The notes below the pieces were generated by a model that made no database searches, was not told where the DNA came from, and was given only the letters and a program-made list of their open reading frames with translations. A stretch of 64,000 nucleotides of DNA. Source: Escherichia phage EcoM2. Location of the stretch: sequence record PQ818761.1; one strand, 5' to 3'. This document shows, piece by piece, positions 1 to 9,350 of this stretch. Made by a program: the position numbers and the translations under genes. Numbering within the stretch: the stretch's first letter is position 1; the number at the start of each line of letters is the position of its first letter.

Positions 1-1571
1 ACGCCACCTTCTTTGAACGTGATAAAAAAGAAGCAATTGATGAAATCTTAGAAGTCATGAATGGTGTTCTGGGTAAAGATGCTATTGGTCGAGAGCATTG
101 GGAAGCACTTCATGATTTGGGTTATCTACCAGTTGAAGTATACGCTGTAGAAGAAGGCACAGTTGTACCTATGCGTGTGCCAATGATTGTCTTCCAGAAT
201 ACTGTTTCAGGTTTCCATTGGGTAGCGGGGTATCTGGAAGATGCTTTCTCTGCTGAGATTTGGAAGGCTTGTACCATTGCAACTATTGCATTGCACTACA
301 AACGTATCTGTAAGAAGTGGGCTGACCTTACTTGTGACAACGACTTGCATTTACCTTATCAGTGCCATGACTTTGCTATGCGTGGTATGTCCGGCTTTAC
401 TGATGACGCATTTAACGCTGTAGGCCACTTAACCAGCTTTAAAGGAACTGATAGCTTCCCTGCTGTATATACAGCTAAACGCATCTACGGTCAGTCCTAC
501 CCAATCTCTGATATTGGTAGCTCTGTACCCGCCACTGAACACTCTGTAATGTGTGCAAACATTGCTTGGGAAGGTGGTAATGAGTTGATTGAAGAAGAAA
601 GACGCTTCAAAGGTGAGTTACAAACCTTCCGTCGCTTCTTAACAGAAACTTACCCAACTGGTATTGCAAGTGTTGTTTCAGACACTTATAATTTCTGGAG
701 AACTGTATCAGTAATACTACCAGAACTCCGTAAAGAGATTATGGAACGTGATGGCAAACTGGTAATTCGTCCTGACTCTGGAGACCCTGTACATATTGTC
801 ACAGGTTATAAAGCAATTCACTTAGAGTGTGCTAAAAAGGCTTATTACGAACACCTAAGCAAGCTGGAAGCCAGCGACACAATGTTGAATACTGTTCTGA
901 ACATGAAGCTTGAAAACATCAACTATGGTATTGCTGGATGGCTACTGTCAGAAGGCTACGAAATGGTTGTTGACAGAGAAGACTTTGAAGTTGCTGATAC
1001 AGTGATGTTGAAAAATGCTTATATGGTTGGTTCTGCAAACGTTGTAACACGTCCTGTAGCAGAGATTGATGGGGCTATTAAGACACTGTATAACATCTTT
1101 GGAGGGACTATCAACTCTAAAGGTTTTAAGGTACTGGATGAGCACATTGGCCTTATCTATGGTGACTCTATCACGTTGGAACGTGCAAACGAAATCCTGA
1201 AGCGTTTGTATGAAATGGGTTTTGCAAGCTCTAACGTAGTGTTTGGTGTAGGTTCTTACACTTACCAGTACATGACTCGTGACACCTTTGCATTTGCTGT
1301 CAAAGCAACTCTTGCAAGCATTGGTGGTAAAGAGATTATGCTTGCAAAAGACCCTAAAACAGATAGTGGTGTTAAGAAGTCTGCTTTTGGTGGTGTAGCA
1401 CCTATGTGGGATGGCGATAAGCTGAAAGCTGTAGATGGCTATGGATTCCAGAGCTTTGCAGATGTGCTTGAACATCCAGCTTGTGCTTTACGTTTAGTCT
1501 TTAGTGACTCTGAGCAGTTCGGTTACACAACTCTTGGTGATATTCGAAATAATATTGACAAGCAGCTTTAA
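1..1571 (+). CDS. nadV: nicotinamide phosphoribosyltransferase (NAMPT/NadV-like), 5' partial
   Basis: Frame of ORF 57..1571 stays open back to nt 1, so the gene starts upstream of the window; recalled NAMPT-like motifs (AVEEGTVVP, SVPATEHS, ASVVSDTYNFW, LVIRPDSGDP). Confidence 0.7.
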   Translation, partial: ATFFERDKKEAIDEILEVMNGVLGKDAIGREHWEALHDLGYLPVEVYAVEEGTVVPMRVPMIVFQNTVSGFHWVAGYLEDAFSAEIWKACTIATIALHYKRICKKWADLTCDNDLHLPYQCHDFAMRGMSGFTDDAFNAVGHLTSFKGTDSFPAVYTAKRIYGQSYPISDIGSSVPATEHSVMCANIAWEGGNELIEEERRFKGELQTFRRFLTETYPTGIASVVSDTYNFWRTVSVILPELRKEIMERDGKLVIRPDSGDPVHIVTGYKAIHLECAKKAYYEHLSKLEASDTMLNTVLNMKLENINYGIAGWLLSEGYEMVVDREDFEVADTVMLKNAYMVGSANVVTRPVAEIDGAIKTLYNIFGGTINSKGFKVLDEHIGLIYGDSITLERANEILKRLYEMGFASSNVVFGVGSYTYQYMTRDTFAFAVKATLASIGGKEIMLAKDPKTDSGVKKSAFGGVAPMWDGDKLKAVDGYGFQSFADVLEHPACALRLVFSDSEQFGYTTLGDIRNNIDKQL

Positions 1572-1586
1572 AAGTATATGATAAGA

Positions 1587-1607
1587 GGCTCCTACGGGAG
1601 CCTTTTT
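1587..1607 (+). terminator. rho-independent terminator
   Basis: GGCTCC-tacg-GGAGCC hairpin followed by TTTTT. Confidence 0.6.
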
Positions 1608-1624
1608 AACTTCTGGAGAAGATT

Positions 1625-1960
1625 ATGAAAATCAAAGAAATGAACATCAATATTGTCTTAGAAGAACGCTGGGAGAACATCAAGAAGCCTGAAAATGGTC
1701 ATAAGTTCCTCAACAAAATCTTAGTAGCAGCTAAAGAAGAACTGACTGGCAAGGTTGCAGCAGCAATCACAATAAAGGTCTGTGTAAAAGGTCTTCCAGA
1801 CAATCACCAATTTGCACTTGACGAGTTTAAAGAAAGCTTCTACAATCCAAACAAACAGATGCTTGAAAGTAACTTTGCAGTATCTACAAGTATCGTCCAT
1901 GACAGAAGCTTTATCCTTTACAAGAATATGAGAGGTGAGTCATGCAAGCATATTGGATAG
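1625..1960 (+). CDS. hypothetical protein
   Basis: 111-aa ORF with GAGA-type RBS upstream of ATG, co-oriented with neighbours. Confidence 0.5.
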   Translation: MKIKEMNINIVLEERWENIKKPENGHKFLNKILVAAKEELTGKVAAAITIKVCVKGLPDNHQFALDEFKESFYNPNKQMLESNFAVSTSIVHDRSFILYKNMRGESCKHIG

Positions 1961-2118
1961 AAATTTTGCTGTCACTTGGTAGTGTAGCAGTGTTTGTTTA
2001 CCTTCTTTGCAAGTACTATGCAGAGCACAAAAAATGTGACTTCTGTAACGGAGAAGGTTATACAAGGGCAGGTTGTTGCCCTATGTGTGGTGGTTCTGGT
2101 AAAATGTTTAATAAGTAA
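1942..2118 (+). CDS. small membrane protein with CxxC...CxxC zinc-ribbon-like motif (58 aa, below ORF-track cutoff)
   Basis: ATG 1942 to TAA 2116-2118; hydrophobic N-terminus then CDFCNGEG...CCPMCGGSG; fills gap before next gene; overlaps previous ORF by 19 nt. Confidence 0.3.
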   Translation: MQAYWIEILLSLGSVAVFVYLLCKYYAEHKKCDFCNGEGYTRAGCCPMCGGSGKMFNK

Positions 2119-2146
2119 TTTAACAGTAAACTAAGAGGAAAGTATT

Positions 2147-4513
2147 ATGCGCATGGTAAACGACCACGCAGAAGTGATTAAGAGTTCAACTTCTTTAGAG
2201 ACGTCTCAAGCACAGATTACAATGACACCTGAAATGTTCAGCCTTTTGAGTTCTGGTGTATATACCTTTAAAGAAAGGGCAGTGATTCGTGAACTGTCAT
2301 GTAACGCAGTAGATGCTCAGAAAGAAGCTGGAAAAGAGAATATCCCGTTCCATGTGCATTTACCTACTCGTTTTGAGCCTTACTTTGAAGTTCGTGATTT
2401 TGGAACTGGATTGACTCATGATAAAGTTATGAGTTTGTATCTAAATTACGGGGCTTCTACGAAGAATGACTCTAATGACTACATTGGTGCAATGGGTATC
2501 GGCTCAAAATCCCCATTTGCAATTGCTCAGTCATTCACAGTGTCTAGCTATGTTGACGGTGTTGTTAATAAGTACTCTGTTTATCTTGAGAATGGTATCC
2601 CTCAAGTAACTAAGCTGACCACTAACCCAACAAAAGAACCTAATGGTTTAGCTGTACGTGTGGCAGTTGCTGACCACCGTATTTCAAAGTTCTTTGAAGA
2701 GGCTGGTAATGTATACTCATACTTTGCTGTAAAACCAGAGAGTAATGTGGAGTATAATGATATATTAGCAGATATGGATGTGATTGCTCGTGAAGAAGGT
2801 GTCTATGATGCCATGACTCATAAGCATAGCTGGCGTTCAAGCAGCAATAGAACAGAGTTTAACGTGGTTATGGGTAATATTGCCTACCCAGTTAATATGG
2901 AGGCATTACTTGGTGATGATTTCTTCAAAGTCTTGCCAGAATTTTTCCGTAGGAGCGTAGACCTTGTAAACATCTACATGCCTATTGGTTCAGTTGCTAT
3001 CGCAGCTTCTCGTGAAGCATTGCAGATGAATGACACGACAAAAAATGTTATCATTGAGGCTACTAAAAAGATAACTGAAGCAATTACAAAGGATGTTATC
3101 AAGAAAGTTAATAGCCAACCTACACTCATGGATGCTGCACAGGCTTATGCTGAGTTACGTTTGAACTCACGAGAGATGTTTAATGCTGTGTGTCCAAAGC
3201 TAGAGTGGGGTGGTGTTAAGCTTGATTCTCTGGAAGAAGAATTACTAAACATTCGTCGTGGAATTATCTACGCAGAAGACGGCTCAGTCATTTATGAACG
3301 TGACGGCAAAGGTAATATTAAGGTTGATAGGAACGGGAACAATATCCCTAAAGTAGATTATCTTTATGACCCAGTTGCTTATGTCAAGTTCAACTCTTTA
3401 GAGAGTAAGATTCGTGCAACATCGCTTTCCTACACTCAAGAGGCAAGTATGTTCAATATCTTTGGTGCAATGCGTAAAAGCCAAATTGAACAGTTTTTGT
3501 TTGTTATAAATGACCGTCGCAATAAAAACGGTACTGAGAAGACTGTAGGACGCAATCAAATCTTGCGTGGTGCATGTCGAGACTATGCCAGTGAGTCTAG
3601 TCTGTTTCACAGATACAATGGTATTGTCTTTGTATTCTCGACTGAAAAAGAGCTAGATGACTTAATCAATCTACACAAACTTGACAAAAGCTTGTTAAAG
3701 ATTGTGAAGATGTCTGATAAGGAACACCATTATCAGCGTAAAGAAGCTGTAAGAGGTGTTGTAAAACTCTGGAAAGCTGTTCCAGCAGAAGGTGTAGCTT
3801 CCTATAAAGAGGTTTCAGAGGACTTAGACACAATTGAAGAGCCTCAACTTTATATCAAGGCAGTCGGTGACACAGTTGATGGCGAATGTTTTTGCTCATC
3901 TCCAGAAGATGTAGCTAAGTCAGTTGCCAATGTCATTGGAAAGACAGTCTATGTTTTCCGAAAAGCAAATTGGAAAAAGATACCAGAAGACTGGATTGAA
4001 GTAGATGAGAAGCTCTTGAACGACAGCTTAACTGATGTTCACTGGATTAACCATAACAGGTATATGACACGTATCTATATGAATGGTGTTCTTGACCTTA
4101 CAAGCAGTTGGATTATTGCCAGAAACTTTACGTTCAATAACAGGAAGATTTCTCGTGGCTATTGCTATTCACGAGACACAAACAAAACTATCTTCTTAGA
4201 AGGCAATGAAGATGCTGTAGAGGCAATGTTCGGTAAAATCCAATACGTTGCTGCACCGTTTGCATACACTTACACTATTAGCAGATTGCAAACTTTGAAA
4301 GAATGCCTTGACAATGATACAAAGCTATACAAGAAAATTAAGAAAGCTGGTGACCGTATGGTTATTAAGGTGACAAACTATCTTTCAAAAAGAAAACAAG
4401 AAAACTTCTTGCTTTCTCATTTAGATTGGAATAAAGTGTCACCCATCGAAGTGAGTAAGTTCTTAGGCTTTGATGTGAAGTGTGTTCCAGAAGGGACTAC
4501 AATTTACGATTAA
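2147..4513 (+). CDS. rIIA: rIIA-like protein with N-terminal GHKL-type ATPase fold
   Basis: 788 aa; Bergerat-fold-like motifs (VRDFGTGLT, GAMGIGSKS); size and position before a second large gene match the rIIA-rIIB pair of T4-like and Felix-O1-like phages. Confidence 0.55.
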   Translation: MRMVNDHAEVIKSSTSLETSQAQITMTPEMFSLLSSGVYTFKERAVIRELSCNAVDAQKEAGKENIPFHVHLPTRFEPYFEVRDFGTGLTHDKVMSLYLNYGASTKNDSNDYIGAMGIGSKSPFAIAQSFTVSSYVDGVVNKYSVYLENGIPQVTKLTTNPTKEPNGLAVRVAVADHRISKFFEEAGNVYSYFAVKPESNVEYNDILADMDVIAREEGVYDAMTHKHSWRSSSNRTEFNVVMGNIAYPVNMEALLGDDFFKVLPEFFRRSVDLVNIYMPIGSVAIAASREALQMNDTTKNVIIEATKKITEAITKDVIKKVNSQPTLMDAAQAYAELRLNSREMFNAVCPKLEWGGVKLDSLEEELLNIRRGIIYAEDGSVIYERDGKGNIKVDRNGNNIPKVDYLYDPVAYVKFNSLESKIRATSLSYTQEASMFNIFGAMRKSQIEQFLFVINDRRNKNGTEKTVGRNQILRGACRDYASESSLFHRYNGIVFVFSTEKELDDLINLHKLDKSLLKIVKMSDKEHHYQRKEAVRGVVKLWKAVPAEGVASYKEVSEDLDTIEEPQLYIKAVGDTVDGECFCSSPEDVAKSVANVIGKTVYVFRKANWKKIPEDWIEVDEKLLNDSLTDVHWINHNRYMTRIYMNGVLDLTSSWIIARNFTFNNRKISRGYCYSRDTNKTIFLEGNEDAVEAMFGKIQYVAAPFAYTYTISRLQTLKECLDNDTKLYKKIKKAGDRMVIKVTNYLSKRKQENFLLSHLDWNKVSPIEVSKFLGFDVKCVPEGTTIYD

Positions 4514-4592
4514 AGTGTTTGACAAGGGGCTTCAAAGCCCCTTAGAATAGCCTCACAAAATGATTTATTAACTAACAAGAGAGAGTAATAAG

Positions 4593-5702
4593 ATGACTAC
4601 TAAAACTAAAGCACAGATTGACGCAGAAATTTATGAACTGGTTAAAGAAGGTAAGCTGACTAAAACAGCTATTGCACAGAAGTTCAATACTTCAACCCGT
4701 TCAGTTGGTCGTGCTGTAGAGCGTCATGAAGCAACCTTAAAAGGCAAGAAAAAGGCAACTTCTAAGCCAGCTACAAAGACTTTGAAGCAAGTTGCTAAGT
4801 CAGTTAAAAAGAAAGCTGGCAAACCAGTTGAAAAGGTTGTTAAAGACACTGTACAGAAAGCTCCAGTAAATAAACTGCACGAAGCTATGCAGAAAGATGA
4901 TAAGATTGAGTACATGATTACTGGTGACTCTGTAATTATGACTTACGGTTCAGAATCTGAAATTGTTGAGTCTACTCATCCGAACTATCAAGAGATTGTA
5001 GTTCATGTTGTGAAAGGTGAGTTCAAGAAAGCATTTGAACTGATGAACATTCGTAAGTCTATCGAAAACTTCACTCAGGGTGCTATCACAATCAAAGGTG
5101 ACAAGTTATTCTACGGTGCTGTTGAGATGCGTTCTACTCTGGTTGACCGTATTCTTCACATGATGAAGACTGGTGATAAAGGTTTTGAACGACTTGTAAT
5201 GTTCTTCGAAAAACTGATGGAAAACCCATCTAAAGACTCTGTAGAACAACTTTGGGGCTTCGTATCTCACCTTGATGTCGAAATTGATGAAGAAGGCTAC
5301 ATCATTGGTTGGAAGAAAGTATCCACTCGTGAAGGCAAGCTGGTTGACTCCCACACCTACAAAGTACCTAATGATTTGGGTAACGTTGTAGAAATGCCAC
5401 GTTGGATGGTTGATAATAACCGTAACGTAACTTGCTCTCAGGGTCTTCATGTTGGTGCTTGGGATTATGTTCGTTGCTTCTCAGGTGATACAATCCTGAA
5501 GGTTCGTGTCCATCCACGAGATGTTGTATCTGTTCCGACTGATTACAACGATATGAAGATGCGTTCATCCCGTTATGAAGTTGCAGCAATCGTTGATAAT
5601 CAACGTAAAGTGTTGAAAGCATGGGACGGTAAGACTGAAGCTTTGCATGTCATCGTTGGCACTGCTGGTGAACTCATCTCCCAACGTAAACGTGAAATCT
5701 AA
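4593..5702 (+). CDS. rIIB-like protein (putative)
   Basis: 369 aa immediately downstream of the rIIA-like gene; N-terminal HTH-like segment; assignment by synteny only. Confidence 0.4.
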   Translation: MTTKTKAQIDAEIYELVKEGKLTKTAIAQKFNTSTRSVGRAVERHEATLKGKKKATSKPATKTLKQVAKSVKKKAGKPVEKVVKDTVQKAPVNKLHEAMQKDDKIEYMITGDSVIMTYGSESEIVESTHPNYQEIVVHVVKGEFKKAFELMNIRKSIENFTQGAITIKGDKLFYGAVEMRSTLVDRILHMMKTGDKGFERLVMFFEKLMENPSKDSVEQLWGFVSHLDVEIDEEGYIIGWKKVSTREGKLVDSHTYKVPNDLGNVVEMPRWMVDNNRNVTCSQGLHVGAWDYVRCFSGDTILKVRVHPRDVVSVPTDYNDMKMRSSRYEVAAIVDNQRKVLKAWDGKTEALHVIVGTAGELISQRKREI

Positions 5703-5718
5703 TAAGTAATTTCTTAAA

Positions 5719-5741
5719 AGGCTGCTTCGGCGGCCTTTTTT
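5719..5741 (+). terminator. rho-independent terminator
   Basis: GGCTGC-ttcg-GCGGCC hairpin followed by TTTTTT. Confidence 0.6.
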
Positions 5742-5802
5742 ATTTGTATTTTGTGCAGAGTACTGTATAATTGTTGTCACGATAAACTAAACAGGAGAAC
5801 CA

Positions 5803-6351
5803 ATGAAGAAATTGATTCTAAGTTTGTGCTTAATGTTTACAGCACACTTATCTTATGCAGTTGACTGCCCAGAGCTATCAATTAGCCAAAAAGTAAACAT
5901 GTTAAAAGCTTACCAGTATGGTGAGAATAATATGGGTAAAGGTTGGGGTATTACTCTAGCTGCTATAGCCTTACAAGAGTCAGAGTTAGGTCTGAAGGTA
6001 GAGAATAAAAAGACACATGATTATGGTATTTTCCAGAATCACTTGAAGACTGTTGTAAAGCGTAACAAAATTAGTCCTAATGTGGCTAAAAAGAAACTCT
6101 TAAGAGACTTTGATTATGCTGCGAAGGAAACTCACAAAGAACTTGAGTTTTGGACAAAGGTGCATGGCCAGCCAAAGTCAAAGAAGACTTTACAAAAAGT
6201 TTTAGCATCATATAATGCTGGGTATTCGTACAAAATCCCTAAAGCTAAGAAATATTCTCAAGATGTCTATAACAACATGAAAGTTATTGCTCAATGTGAA
6301 TTTGCAACAAACATTTCTAAGGTAAATCATGAAAAAATTAAGAAAGTCTGA
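5803..6351 (+). CDS. secreted lytic transglycosylase-like (SLT domain) protein
   Basis: N-terminal signal peptide (MKKLILSLCLMFTAHLSYA); SLT-like motifs LQESELG, YGIFQ, SYNAGY. Confidence 0.45.
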   Translation: MKKLILSLCLMFTAHLSYAVDCPELSISQKVNMLKAYQYGENNMGKGWGITLAAIALQESELGLKVENKKTHDYGIFQNHLKTVVKRNKISPNVAKKKLLRDFDYAAKETHKELEFWTKVHGQPKSKKTLQKVLASYNAGYSYKIPKAKKYSQDVYNNMKVIAQCEFATNISKVNHEKIKKV

Positions 6352-7024
6352 TGAAGTACTGTGTCATGCTTATGACTTACATCCTCATGAGTTAGGTCTT
6401 GATTCCTGTGTATGGACTCCAGAACAGTGTAGGGATTTTGAAGACACCGCAAGAGAAGTTGTATGTTCACTCGAAGAGTTTCACACATCAGAGACAATTG
6501 TGAATGTTGTAGATAAAGAGACTGGACAAGCTATAGGTGTAAGGCGTGACAGCTTAGTCATAGTCAATAAAGACCTTGTAGAAAAAGGTAACCTTATCTT
6601 AGCAGACATTGATGGTGTTCTTACAAATTTTAATCACGAAGATTGCTCAACGGAATTGATTGATGGGTCATTTTCACAGTACACTAATTTGCTTGACTCT
6701 GTAAGAGCAAAACCAACGTATGTTTTCAATATTATTGATGCAATTGCTAATCATGCCGCCATTGGACTCTTGACAGCGAGAGGTGAATCTCAGAGAATAC
6801 CTACTGAGATGTTTTTAAGGCATTACATAGAGCATGATTACATACTTTTTATGCGTGGTTTTGGGACTAACTCTATAAGTGCAGAAAGTTTGAAAGTGAG
6901 GATGATTCAGTCTTGCATTCTGCCTTACTTTAATATAGTATGTTTTATAGAAGATACAGAGAAGAATGTGCAGAAGGTGAACAGAATCCTTCCACACATT
7001 AAAACCATGTTAGTTAAACATTGA
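6329..7024 (+). CDS. hypothetical protein with C-terminal HAD-like nucleotidase motifs
   Basis: 231 aa; LILADIDGVLTNF (HAD motif I-like), LLTARG, FIEDTEKN; functional call tentative. Confidence 0.35.
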   Translation: MKKLRKSDEVLCHAYDLHPHELGLDSCVWTPEQCRDFEDTAREVVCSLEEFHTSETIVNVVDKETGQAIGVRRDSLVIVNKDLVEKGNLILADIDGVLTNFNHEDCSTELIDGSFSQYTNLLDSVRAKPTYVFNIIDAIANHAAIGLLTARGESQRIPTEMFLRHYIEHDYILFMRGFGTNSISAESLKVRMIQSCILPYFNIVCFIEDTEKNVQKVNRILPHIKTMLVKH

Positions 7025-7034
7025 GAGAAAACTT

Positions 7035-7499
7035 ATGAATAATATCATTACGGTAGCACTGGACGATACGGCAAACAAATCTGAAGTAGTTCGTAAAATG
7101 ATTCAAGGTAACTTTGAAGGTAAAATTTTCCGTGCTGTTAATGTAAAAGCTGATGGTAGCATTCGTGAATATCGTGCATTGTTGAACGTTAAGAAGCACG
7201 TAAAAGGTGTTGGTTCAACGACTGCACACAAAGAAAACCTGATGACTATCTATGATATGGGCAAGGCTTCAGAGTTAGGTGCTGAAGGTATCGTTAAAGA
7301 AGGTGCTCCGTATCGCTCTTTCAATCTGGAAACTACTCTTATGCTTTCCTTTACAAGTGGTTCTAAAACAATCACTTACCTCTTTACTGATGCTGCAACG
7401 GTATCTGCTATTAAGGATAGCACTGTCAAAGCTGGCGTAGTTGCTGCTGCAAAAGCTTCTTCGATGGCTGCAAATATCCTTGCTAAAGTTCTCGGTTAA
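7035..7499 (+). CDS. hypothetical protein
   Basis: 154-aa ORF, followed by terminator. Confidence 0.5.
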   Translation: MNNIITVALDDTANKSEVVRKMIQGNFEGKIFRAVNVKADGSIREYRALLNVKKHVKGVGSTTAHKENLMTIYDMGKASELGAEGIVKEGAPYRSFNLETTLMLSFTSGSKTITYLFTDAATVSAIKDSTVKAGVVAAAKASSMAANILAKVLG

Positions 7500-7510
7500 G
7501 GTTAAGATAC

Positions 7511-7532
7511 AGGCTCCTTCGGGAGCCTTTTT
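7511..7532 (+). terminator. rho-independent terminator
   Basis: GGCTCC-ttcg-GGAGCC hairpin followed by TTTTT. Confidence 0.6.
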
Positions 7533-7551
7533 CATTTCAGGAGATTGTTAA

Positions 7552-7899
7552 ATGACATTTAAAGAGTTCTGTCAAGCTACTTTCATAATTGTTTTCTTAG
7601 TTGGGACAGGTGTCTGGGGAGGATACTCTTACAGAGGCTACCAAGTTGCTGAAGCTGAGTTAAGCAATGAGAAACTAATAAGTGTTGCTAAAGATGCTTA
7701 TCAGGAAGGTTTAGCCACACTCAGCACCAATTACAAAAATGATTTGAAAGATGTGCTTGCTAAGAATAAGCACACAAAAGAGGTACTAACATATGAAAAA
7801 ACTAAGCCAGAGTTTTATAATGTTTGTGTTACTGACAATTATGTCAGGGTGTTCAACGAACAAAGTGAACAGTACATTCAAAAACTCCCAAGTAAGTGA
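7552..7899 (+). CDS. i-spanin-like protein (N-terminal TM, helical periplasmic domain)
   Basis: 115 aa; TM segment FIIVFLVGTGVWGG; overlaps a lipoprotein ORF in another frame. Confidence 0.4.
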   Translation: MTFKEFCQATFIIVFLVGTGVWGGYSYRGYQVAEAELSNEKLISVAKDAYQEGLATLSTNYKNDLKDVLAKNKHTKEVLTYEKTKPEFYNVCVTDNYVRVFNEQSEQYIQKLPSK

Positions 7900-8062
7900 G
7901 AGTGACAAGTACACACAAGAAGAGTCAAGATTCACTGTCAAAGGTAATACTGGTAGTGATGTGGCAGCAGCCCTTGAGTTTTATCGTGATGGTTTTTACC
8001 AGTGCACAATTAAAGCTAATAACCTTATTGATATGATTTTATTAGGAAATAAACAGCAATGA
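7793..8062 (+). CDS. o-spanin-like outer-membrane lipoprotein
   Basis: 89 aa; lipoprotein signal with lipobox (LTIMSGC); starts inside the preceding gene in a different frame and extends beyond it. Confidence 0.4.
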   Translation: MKKLSQSFIMFVLLTIMSGCSTNKVNSTFKNSQVSESDKYTQEESRFTVKGNTGSDVAAALEFYRDGFYQCTIKANNLIDMILLGNKQQ

Positions 8063-8328
8063 CAGAGAATGAAGATACTTTTTACGTAGAAGGTTACTTA
8101 CTGTTACCACGACCAAAAGAAACTTATATGCGAATTGACTTCTTGCCAACCATTATGGATAATGTGATGTGTCATATCTTTATGCAAGGTGTCACAGCAC
8201 AGCTTAAGCACGTTGGTAAAGAGTGCAAAATAAAGGTTGACACTCATCCAGAAATCAAAGAGAATCACTACACATGGTTCTTACCAGATTCTAAAGAAAT
8301 CTTAGCAGTTCTTAAAACGAGGAAATGA
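8059..8328 (+). CDS. hypothetical protein
   Basis: 89-aa ORF, overlapping start/stop with neighbours. Confidence 0.45.
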   Translation: MTENEDTFYVEGYLLLPRPKETYMRIDFLPTIMDNVMCHIFMQGVTAQLKHVGKECKIKVDTHPEIKENHYTWFLPDSKEILAVLKTRK

Positions 8329-8639
8329 TTATGCAATTCCAGCCAACCAATCGTGGATTTTCTTATGCAGAATTTAAAGATGCTAAAGGGGAAATTTGTA
8401 CTTTACAAGAGAGTTCATCATATGAACCATGTATCTGGTTAGGTGCTAAAGAGGTCTCTGTTCAGTATCTAGATGGTGGCTGGAAAACACTTGATATCCC
8501 AGCATTAGTAGGCAAAGATTTTGTAGGTAACCAAAGAATGAAACTCAACCAAGAACAGGTGAAAGAGCTATTGCCATACCTTCAGTACTTTGCTGAAAAT
8601 GGTGAATTACCAACAGAGGAACTTACAAATGCAGATTAA
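8325..8639 (+). CDS. hypothetical protein
   Basis: 104-aa ORF in operon-like arrangement. Confidence 0.45.
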   Translation: MIMQFQPTNRGFSYAEFKDAKGEICTLQESSSYEPCIWLGAKEVSVQYLDGGWKTLDIPALVGKDFVGNQRMKLNQEQVKELLPYLQYFAENGELPTEELTNAD

Positions 8640-8955
8640 CGGAAGAGACTTTGTAGCCGTTTACTATGAGAAAGATAAAGAAGTTGGTGTAGCACAAGTA
8701 TCTTATGGTAATGGTAAGTGGTTGTATGGGACAATCGCAGTAGTCGGAACAAGAAGTGATACAAAAACTTTTAAAGACTGTGTTGACCTTCTTGAAGAAT
8801 CCATCCATAATCATTGGTGTCTGATATGGATGACTGACAACGAAGTGATAGAACGCTTCAAAAAGATTGGTATCAACATTGATAGCATTGAACATGTTGA
8901 TTTATATGAGCTAACTGAGAAGGTAAACTATGAAAGTAATACTAGCCAGAGATAA
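8590..8955 (+). CDS. hypothetical protein
   Basis: 121-aa ORF; start may be downstream of the track start. Confidence 0.4.
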   Translation: MLKMVNYQQRNLQMQINGRDFVAVYYEKDKEVGVAQVSYGNGKWLYGTIAVVGTRSDTKTFKDCVDLLEESIHNHWCLIWMTDNEVIERFKKIGINIDSIEHVDLYELTEKVNYESNTSQR

Positions 8956-9157
8956 AAAGACACGGAAACTTATCAGGTCAGCGGTGTTCATTGGACGAAA
9001 TGAGGTCATACCATTTACAGCAAATGATGTGATAGCTTACCGGAAGAACTTAGTATTCACTGACTGTTTACGTGGCTTCATCTCTGAACCATTAGAACAC
9101 TTTAAAAGCCGTTGTGGTAAAGGAATCATCATTCAAGAGGCAATTATTCATGGCTGA
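8930..9157 (+). CDS. hypothetical protein
   Basis: 75-aa ORF. Confidence 0.4.
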   Translation: MKVILARDKKTRKLIRSAVFIGRNEVIPFTANDVIAYRKNLVFTDCLRGFISEPLEHFKSRCGKGIIIQEAIIHG

Positions 9158-9350
9158 CTTCTGCAAAGACTGTTCTATAGAAATGTTTGGACGTGATACA
9201 GGTGACTTAAAAGGTCTTATCACTGAAGATGACTTTAAAGCTGGCTATGCAATGCCAGTAATCTGTGAAGGTTGCGGGTGTATCTGGGTAGACCACGAAG
9301 GACAACGTGTAAAACCTTCAGAAGATAAAGAGTCTTGGGAGAGATGTTAA
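9114..9350 (+). CDS. hypothetical Cys-rich protein
   Basis: 78 aa with CxxC and CEGCGC motifs. Confidence 0.4.
   Translation: MVKESSFKRQLFMADFCKDCSIEMFGRDTGDLKGLITEDDFKAGYAMPVICEGCGCIWVDHEGQRVKPSEDKESWERC

Noticed and set aside
241-1475. ORFs 241..423 (plus) and 948..1475 (minus) inside the NAMPT gene
   Set aside because: Fully contained within a long, motif-bearing ORF in other frames; judged spurious.
2640-5780. Small ORFs nested within the rIIA/rIIB-like genes (2640..2840, 3398..3610, 4724..4915, 5106..5450, 5368..5622, 5565..5780)
   Set aside because: Antisense or out-of-frame within long ORFs; no independent translation signals.
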